64,000 bases of DNA from an uncultured Hormoscilla sp. (lineage in GTDB: Bacteria > Cyanobacteriota > Cyanobacteriia > Cyanobacteriales > Desertifilaceae), in the NCBI GenBank assembly GCA_963921275.4, contig OZ001293.3:1056001-1120000 (forward strand), read 5' to 3'. A program made the position numbers and the translations under genes. Shown one piece after another: positions 56,938 to 64,000 of the stretch. Under the pieces are notes generated by a model that ran no database searches, was not told where the DNA came from, and worked only from the letters and a program-made list of their open reading frames with translations. Numbering within the stretch: the first letter of the stretch is position 1; each line of letters opens with the position of its first letter.

Positions 56938-57111
56938 TAATACGTCTTGTAATGCAAAATGTAGGTTATGGAGAAGGCGGTTAGTCCACAAAGCGTGGAC
57001 TTGAGCTTTGACGCGAGGGTTTTAACCGGAGGCGGGTTATTGCGACAGGTGCATTCCGGTGAGTTAAAACCGACTAATACCATTACCGACAATTAACAAC
57101 TGACAAGGATC

Positions 57112-57648
57112 TTAGGGTCGGTGACTGCGACGAATTTCCGTGATTTGGTCGGCCACATCTAAAAGCACTGGGGGCATTTCTGGTCCAGTCAAGATGATAT
57201 CGATATGAGGTGGACGCTTTTCTAGCAAGGCTAACACCTCTTCTTTTGGGATCAGACCCAATTTAATTGCCAAGCTTAATTCATCCAGAACTACCAGAGA
57301 ATATTTACCGGTGAAGACTATTTCTTGAGTCCAGTCCCATAGCTGCTGTAAGCAGGAAGTTTCCACTTCATCTATCTGCGGGGTGTCAATGCAGCGAGGT
57401 AAGTCGCAGCGCACCCAGTCTAAGTTTTGCCCTAACTGAACCGGGCGATCGGGACCTTGACCGATACCGCCTTTGAGAAACTGCACCACCAGTACTGGCA
57501 TGCCCTGACCGGCAATTCTCAGGGCTTCTGCCATGACGCCGGTAAAAAAGTAGCGCTGTCCGCCTGTGAAAATTTGCACCAGTCCTTCAACTTTCGGGAT
57601 TATTGGTCGTTCCAGGTTGAGGGCTGGGGTTTCTAGCTGTGAGACCAT
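57112..57648 (-). CDS. Cob(I)yrinic acid a,c-diamide adenosyltransferase-like (CobO/BtuR family)
   Basis: GLVQIFTG, VLVVQFLKGG, YSLVVLDELSLAI..GLI, IILTG, ADQITEIR. Confidence 0.85.
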   Translation of the reverse strand: MVSQLETPALNLERPIIPKVEGLVQIFTGGQRYFFTGVMAEALRIAGQGMPVLVVQFLKGGIGQGPDRPVQLGQNLDWVRCDLPRCIDTPQIDEVETSCLQQLWDWTQEIVFTGKYSLVVLDELSLAIKLGLIPKEEVLALLEKRPPHIDIILTGPEMPPVLLDVADQITEIRRSHRP

Positions 57649-57719
57649 GTAACAACATCCAATCAATAACAGGACCGATGGCAGCAGTCTGCTGCCATCG
57701 GTTGCTTAGATAACTAATA

Positions 57720-57777
57720 TATCAATATATAGTGTGTTTGGGTGGTTTTTATCATCATTAAACACTATATGTGGGTA
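57720..57777. promoter_or_regulatory. Tandem NrdR-box-like sites
   Basis: tatCAATATATAGTGt and acaCTATATGTGGgt, 42 bp apart, resemble the consensus acaCwAtATaTwGtg. Confidence 0.5.
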
Positions 57778-57964
57778 TAGGTCAAGATCTGCTACGCTAT
57801 AGCGCAGGCCCTAGATCGGGAGTCGGCCAATGGCAGAAAATCTAATTTTGATGGGACAATAGCTTTGTAGGGTGGGCACCGCCTAGGCTGTTCACTTTGG
57901 GGGGATAAGCCTCAGAAAAGTTCAGGAGTAAGTTCGGCGAAATCTGTCTGGAGGAGAACGGCGC

Positions 57965-58473
57965 GTGAGATTGGTCATACTGGGAAGGCCTGGGGCGGGC
58001 AAGGGAAATCAAGCAAGGCGGTTATTCTACGGGAGGCGATCGCCGCTCAAACGGAGTTGGGACGCCAAGCACAACCCTATGTGGAAAAAGGGGAGTTAGT
58101 ACCTGATCGCACGATGATCAAGTTTATTAGCAACCGGCTACAGATGGCTGATACAACTTCCGGTTGGCTGTTGGAGGGCTATCCCCGCACGGCTTTTCAA
58201 GCGGAGGAGTTAGATTTCTGGTTGGAGGAGTTGCAGCAACAGTTTAATTGGGCCATTTGGCTAGATGTGCCCGAAGCGGTGACGATCACCCGCTGCTTGG
58301 GCCGGGCACGCACAGACGATCGCTCAGAGGTGATACAGCGTCGCATCGAATTATTCTACGATCGCACGATTCCGATGATGGAGTATTATGACTGGCGTCA
58401 GCGGCTGTTGAAAATTAACGGTGACCAGCCGCCGGACCAGGTACAGCAAGAGATTTTAGCTAAACTGTCTTAA
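57965..58473 (+). pseudogene. adk: Adenylate kinase family protein with an internal deletion and frameshift
   Basis: GTG start, MRLVILGRPGAGKGNQARRL, then a jump into another frame ILREAIAAQTELG...KGELVPD...GWLLEGYPRT; the usual HISTGD segment is missing. Confidence 0.85.
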
Positions 58474-58492
58474 TAATTTTGAGGTTCAATCT

Positions 58493-59227
58493 GTGATGTC
58501 TTGGCAGCGTCCCGATAGTCGTCAATTAAACCAATTGCGTCCGATTCATTTTCAGCGAGAGTTCACCCGATTTGCTGCGGGTTCGGTGTTAGCTAGCTGT
58601 GGCGATACTAAAGTTCTCTGTACGGTAACGGTTGAAGAGAAGGTGCCTAAGTTTCTGGAAGGCACTGGTAAGGGGTGGCTGACGGCTGAGTACCGCATGC
58701 TTCCCAGTGCCACACTCCAGCGACAAGGTAGAGAATTTCTCAAACTTTCGGGACGTACTCAGGAGATTCAGCGACTGATTGGACGCAGTTTGAGAGCTGC
58801 TCTAGATTTAACAGCCTTGGACTCATTTACTTTTACGGTAGATGCGGATGTCTTGCAGGCGGATGCGGGGACGCGCACTACCTCGATTACGGGTGGATTT
58901 GTGGCCTTGACCGATGCTGTGGAAAAATTGGTACAGCAGGGAGTTTTGGCGCGATCGCCCATCTGCCACCAAATCGCCGCTATCTCGGTAGGACTGTTGG
59001 GGGGCGAGCCAGTTTTGGACTTAAACTATGCAGAAGATGTGGATGCTGAGGTGGATTTAAATGTAGTGATGAACGAACAGTTGGAGATGATTGAAATCCA
59101 GGGAACTGGTGAATCAGGCAGTTTTAGCCGTAAGCAGTTAAATGGGATGCTGGATGTGGCAGAAATCGGCATTCGTGAATTGTTAGCAGCTCAACGGCAG
59201 GCTTTAGATATTCAGCCTGCTAGCTAA
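58493..59227 (+). CDS. rph: Ribonuclease PH
   Basis: [45 protein letters not shown]. Confidence 0.96.
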   Translation: MMSWQRPDSRQLNQLRPIHFQREFTRFAAGSVLASCGDTKVLCTVTVEEKVPKFLEGTGKGWLTAEYRMLPSATLQRQGREFLKLSGRTQEIQRLIGRSLRAALDLTALDSFTFTVDADVLQADAGTRTTSITGGFVALTDAVEKLVQQGVLARSPICHQIAAISVGLLGGEPVLDLNYAEDVDAEVDLNVVMNEQLEMIEIQGTGESGSFSRKQLNGMLDVAEIGIRELLAAQRQALDIQPAS

Positions 59228-59324
59228 AACCACGGAGCATCGCCGCTGGGTGCATCTCAATTTTGTATTAAGAAACCAGGTTTTTTGGACAAAATTAGCG
59301 CGATCGTCCCCACAATGGACACCC

Positions 59325-59795
59325 ACAGGACGATGCAGATTTTCCATCCCATCTTTTGGATTAACGACAGGGGAGAACACCCGACTCCTTCTGCTACTAA
59401 TATCACTCCCGCAGACCTTAAGCAAGGAAGAAAATCCTTTCACTGAAAACTATTCTATCCTGAGTCCGGAAGTATTAGAAGACGAAAAGGGTAACCCCAT
59501 CGCCCAGAAGAATACAGGTTTGATTAAATATCTGTTAGAGTTTGATGCTGTGTTCGTTGCAGAACAAGCTAAAAGTCACTGCGTTGCCTGGACGATCGCC
59601 GACTTGCTGAGTGAAATTCAAAACATAGATTCGCAGTTGGCCCAGAAAGTCTATCTGCTAGAAGATTGCACTTCCCCCGTAGTGGTGCCAGGGGTGGCGG
59701 ACTATAGCAAACAGGCAGATGCAGCATTTCAGGGATTTGCTGCCGCCGGGATGCATTTGGTTAAGTCAACTGATGCCATTGATAGTTGCTTTTAA
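59325..59795 (+). pseudogene. Isochorismatase/nicotinamidase-like protein, deleted remnant
   Basis: MQIFHPIFWIND.GEHP fragment, then NPFTENYSILSPEV...QAKSHCVAWTI.DLL...VYLLEDCTSPV. Confidence 0.75.
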
Positions 59796-59839
59796 CTAAA
59801 GCACTTTGGCGGTGCTTTAGTCAATTATAACTACAAGGT

Positions 59840-60890
59840 TCAGAATGGCTGCGGGCTAGGTTTAGCTGTTGACGTAATTGTCCCCAACCACCACAAGCAA
59901 AAGGCAGTTAATCCACACAAAACGGCACCGATAGCAAAACAAGTGCTATATCCGAAACTTGCAGCGATATAGCCACTGGCTAAAGCGCCCAAAATTGTGG
60001 CAACACCGATGACAGAGTTATACATACCCAGCGCCATCCCCTCTTGACCTTTAGTAGCCAGCTGCGCCACACACATAGCACTGGATACGTTAATCACAGC
60101 CCAAGTTACACCCGTCAATAGATGGGTCAGTTCTGGGAGGACTAAAGTTACTGGTGTGGGTTTTGCGAGTGCCAGTAGAGTGAAACAGATCAAACTTCCC
60201 ATGGGCACTGCTGCCGACACCGCTTGAAGCTTAATGCTGTTCGGTTCTTGCAGGAACCGACCCATCGGTTTATAGAACAATGCCTCAATCACAGACTTGC
60301 TCAGACCGCTCGATAAAACCTGGATATTTGTCGCCCCCAAACCCTCCGTGAGAAAAATCGGAGGCGTTGTACATTTTGGGGATGATGCCCTTTTTTGCAC
60401 ATAACAGAAAATAGCTTGTACTATAAGTTTAAAAGTGCTGCAACTATGCCCATCATCCCGTGATTGTGCAACGCCAAATCGGAAAGGGAGTGAAGAAGAT
60501 ATGAATACCAATGAAAAATATAGCGGAACACAAGTAGTACAGAATCAGGGGGCTTTTTAGCTGCTTCCCCAACCACTGCGAGGTATCTCCCGGGTAGTGC
60601 AAGTAGCGCGAGGTGTCTCTTGGGTAGTGCGAGTAGCGCTCCCAAGAGACACCTCACCGGGAGATACCTCGGGCGCAGGATAAAGTAAATGGTGCGGGTG
60701 GGACTCAACATCAGCCGCCGTTCGATCACCGCGATCGAGAGGCGTCCCAGCAACTTGGGATTAAATGGGCGACGCGGTCTTACTTGCCGTGGTTCTCGCA
60801 CCCAGAGCAGACAAAGAATCAAACTGATGAAAGCAAGTAGCGCCGTGAACAAAAATAGGCTGCGCATTGCCCGGACTGTACCCCAGGGCT
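59840..60890 (-). pseudogene. MFS transporter remnant
   Basis: Hydrophobic fragments in two frames; EGMALGMYNSVIGVATILGALASGYIA motif; N-terminus replaced by IS sequence. Confidence 0.75.
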
Positions 60891-61820
60891 CCTTTAGACG
60901 GTGCATTTTTCCCGGATTTTTTTCTGGGATTTCTTTCAGCTTAATTTCTTGTTCTTCTTTAAGGTTTTCTTCATTTTTTAGCAGCTTTACTTTTATTTAA
61001 TCCCGATAATAGTTCTTCTTTTTCTGACTTTTTCTTGATTTTTTGGGCTTCATATTTGTTTTCGACAATTATCTAATTCCTCATTTACTTGCTTAGTCAC
61101 ACGGTCAGCTATAACTTCAGCATTAGGCATCAATTCTTCCACTAGACTTTGATAGTTTCCACATATCTATACTCACTTCTTCAATAGCATTCAACATCCC
61201 ATGATAGCAAGACTTATCGCAGATATTATTGTCGCCGAGACTTAACTATTTCCAGAAGTTTGCTATTCTCAATGTCCACGCCGTGTCTCCTGGGTAGTGC
61301 GAATAGCGCTCCCAGGAGACACGGCTAAAACAGCTAAATAATTACCTTGCCCTTTTACCAACGCAATTTCATCGATACCTAGCTTTTTTAGTTCGGTTCA
61401 ATTTTCACCTGTCCCGATAGCATTTGTTGAACCTCAGATTCTTTTAATTCATACCGAACCGCTACATTAATAATATCCCCATTTAATACTTCTCGAACCA
61501 CTTGTTATCCCAGTCTCTTCGTATATTTACGCCGACCTTCTACATATGACAATTTCTCACGGTTTCAAACAGCGCTCGCACTTGTCGGCGATTGATTTTG
61601 AGAAAAACTTTTTTTTCTACCCAGGGTAAATCCTTAATTAAATAATGATGCTTCTGATGCAATCGCTGACTTTTCTGATGACATCTAGGGCAAATTGCTT
61701 CTTTTTTTCTGCCTCAATTGTCATCATCACTTCTGTTAAATGAGTCTCGGTATACCCGACAACTTTCACCTCTGGAATGTTTAACAATGTTGTTAGTATT
61801 TTTAGATTCGAGCGTGGCAT
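60890..61820 (-). mobile_element. Degenerate ISL3-family transposase
   Basis: LTTLLNIPEVKVVGY start and fragments such as LGIDEIALVKGQGNY, IEEVSIDM, NAEVIADR. Confidence 0.75.
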
Positions 61821-61949
61821 CTTATAAATTCTCCCTGTTTTTTCTAGAGAGCAGATTGTACCACAACTAGAAGCTGAATGTCAAGGTGGGAAGGTTTTCT
61901 GGCTTTCAGGATCTCCCGTTGAGCGGGCGCATCAACGCCCATTCAAGAC

Positions 61950-62430
61950 CTATTTTAGCATACTAGATTGAGAAGAACCGTAATTCTAGCTGTCGGGATA
62001 ACTACTGCCAATGAAGCAGAAGCGATAGTAGTGGAGTCGCTCGATAGTGACTTAAAATCGCAAAACCAAGAGATGGTAGAGTTACATATCGATGGCGCTT
62101 ATTTGAGTAGTAGATGGGTTAATGAAGGAAAATTGACAAATATTTTGCCAAGCTTGGCCTGTAAGAAATGTCAAGGATTTTGACAAAACGGCTTTGGTAC
62201 TTGACGGGAATAATTTTTCTATCTTATGTCCTAATCAAATAACTCTTCCATTTTCTCCAGGTAAAGTTGTGAAGTTTCCCTTGTGCTGTCTGCCCCTTAC
62301 AGGCTCCCTGCACGACTAGCAAAAACCGTCCCAGTGCTTCTATCCATCCGGATGAGGCAATATTGCCAGGAATTGCGAGAGCTATGGCTGCGCCCCCCGG
62401 AGCGTAGCGTGGCCTAGCCATGGGCAGCGC
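61950..62430 (+). mobile_element. Transposase relic (possibly IS1182-like)
   Basis: ILAVGITTAN...ELHIDGAYLSSRWV fragment with later frameshifts. Confidence 0.45.
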
Positions 62431-64000
62431 GATCAGATGACATCATCTGGACGAGCCAAACTACGCTCGTCGAACCGCTGTCGAACATTCTCTTGCTCAT
62501 GTAGGATAAAGGCAGTTAAAATCAAGCCCGCTATATTGTCAGGCGAAAAAATTTGTTTGACCTTCGTCCGGTAGCGGTTGTTCATAATCTTCATGTCATT
62601 GCCAGAATACCTGAATTGAGCGAAAACCAGCAGCTCCCATCCCCCAGCGTAGCGTGCAGCCATGCCCTGACGCGATCTAATATCCCCTAACGCCAACTTG
62701 CGTGATACTTGTTGATTCATAAACATGAGCACAACACTAGCCCTTGCTCTTATTCTTACCCTACTATTTTCCGATCGCGCTGCGCTGGGGGCGCAGCCAT
62801 GCATATCGTCTCCTAGCTATGGTGGCGCCACCTGCCAACTCCGCGCGGAATACTCCCATAGCTAGATAGATGAAATTTATCTAATCCTTACGTGAGTCGA
62901 GCGCCGGGAAGTTGAGTCAACTTCCCGAGGCCTTGTGGTGGCTTTTTTTTATTTCTTTAGAGAAGACCGAAAAACACCGAAAAACAACCAATCCCTATTG
63001 AACTGAGCAGCTCACTTTGTAAATGTTGTACCAACGGGGTATAAATCATTTGTGATAATTCCATCCTGTTGGCTTCGGTAAAAAACTATACAGGGTAATA
63101 ATTTCAGTTGTTATAAAAATTCCCGTGCTAGTTGCTATATACATAAAAAGCTCCGGGCGTTGCACTTCGGACGGGATGATGGAGATAGTTGCAGAACTCT
63201 CAAACTTAGACTACAAGCCATTTTCAGTAGCGTTTTGCTGGTGCAAAAAAGGGCATCATCCCCAAAATGTGCAACGCCAAGCACCGTTTCTGGACAGTGC
63301 GAAGTTCTTTGGGGAACTGCTTGAAAGGAAGCGGGTTTGGGCCCGATCGACCGACCATGAGCAATGAGCGGGCTCCTAAAGGCTTACACCCACTTTCCGC
63401 ACGACAAGTTGTAACATATCTTGTAATAAGTAATTTATCGGTCAGATTACAATTGCACGACTTTTTGTAATACGTACTATATCTGACAATTTAGCAAACA
63501 TGACGTATATTTATTTATACGGATATGAGCTTTTATGTTCGCAAAATCACAACATATCTGTAATCATTACGTACCTACATTTTGTCGTGCGGAATGTAGG
63601 CTTACAGCCTTTAGGAGCAAGGGGTTCAGCTTTTAGGATAGGTCCTATTTTCAGAGAACTTCGCACTCTCCAGGACCCTGCTTACTTTTGAATAAATTCA
63701 TTGCATGGCTGCGCCCCCAGCGCAGCGCTATCGGCGGCCACGACGGGGTGCAAAGCCTTTGACAGAGAGGATTATCTGTTGACTTGATCCAGCAGAATCT
63801 CAGCTATAACTTTTCACTGTCCAGTCCGTTTGTCAACTATTATTACTTGACCGACGCTCTAGGAGCACTACTCCGGAGACATCGTAGGAGCACTACCCCA
63901 CGCTGCGCGAAAAATCGCACATCGGTCGCCGATTTTTTCTTCTCGCTGAAGCTGATGGGAAAAAACTGCGATCGACAGTCCAGCGACGATGATTATTACT

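Overview
Cyanobacterial DNA: HIP1 GCGATCGC is frequent, and psbY, the TIGR02652/gamma-carbonic-anhydrase neighbourhood and heptamer repeats are present. It is heavily loaded with mobile DNA and broken genes. (1) 184-14010 is a giant Calx-beta/putative-Ig/RHS surface-protein gene, broken at several points. It is interrupted by an RT-encoding group II intron (960-5068) that itself holds two related ORF-less group II introns, one sense (1198-2033) and one antisense inside the RT ORF (3808-4678). (2) 14996-26245 is a biosynthetic cluster that reads like an aminocyclitol/aminoglycoside pathway: a BtrR-like inosose aminotransferase fused to a GT2, a twitch-type radical SAM enzyme, two methyltransferases, a second GT2, inositol-phosphate synthase and an ABC exporter. 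Two of its genes carry single lesions. (3) 27-50 kb is mostly core genes (tRNA-Lys, TpsB, AAA ATPase, psbY, folC, pilM, a pilN-pilQ deletion fusion, an IS982-split RTX gene, HU, cobD, a flavoprotein) mixed with IS relics, MITEs and palindromic in-frame inserts. (4) 50.5-52.2 kb is an orphan islet with iteron-like repeats. It is followed by a multidomain thymidylate synthase plus dCMP deaminase, a second decayed group II intron inserted in a MITE, a CobO-like gene with NrdR-like boxes, rph and several pseudogenes. All family assignments come from motif recognition by eye; no searches were run.
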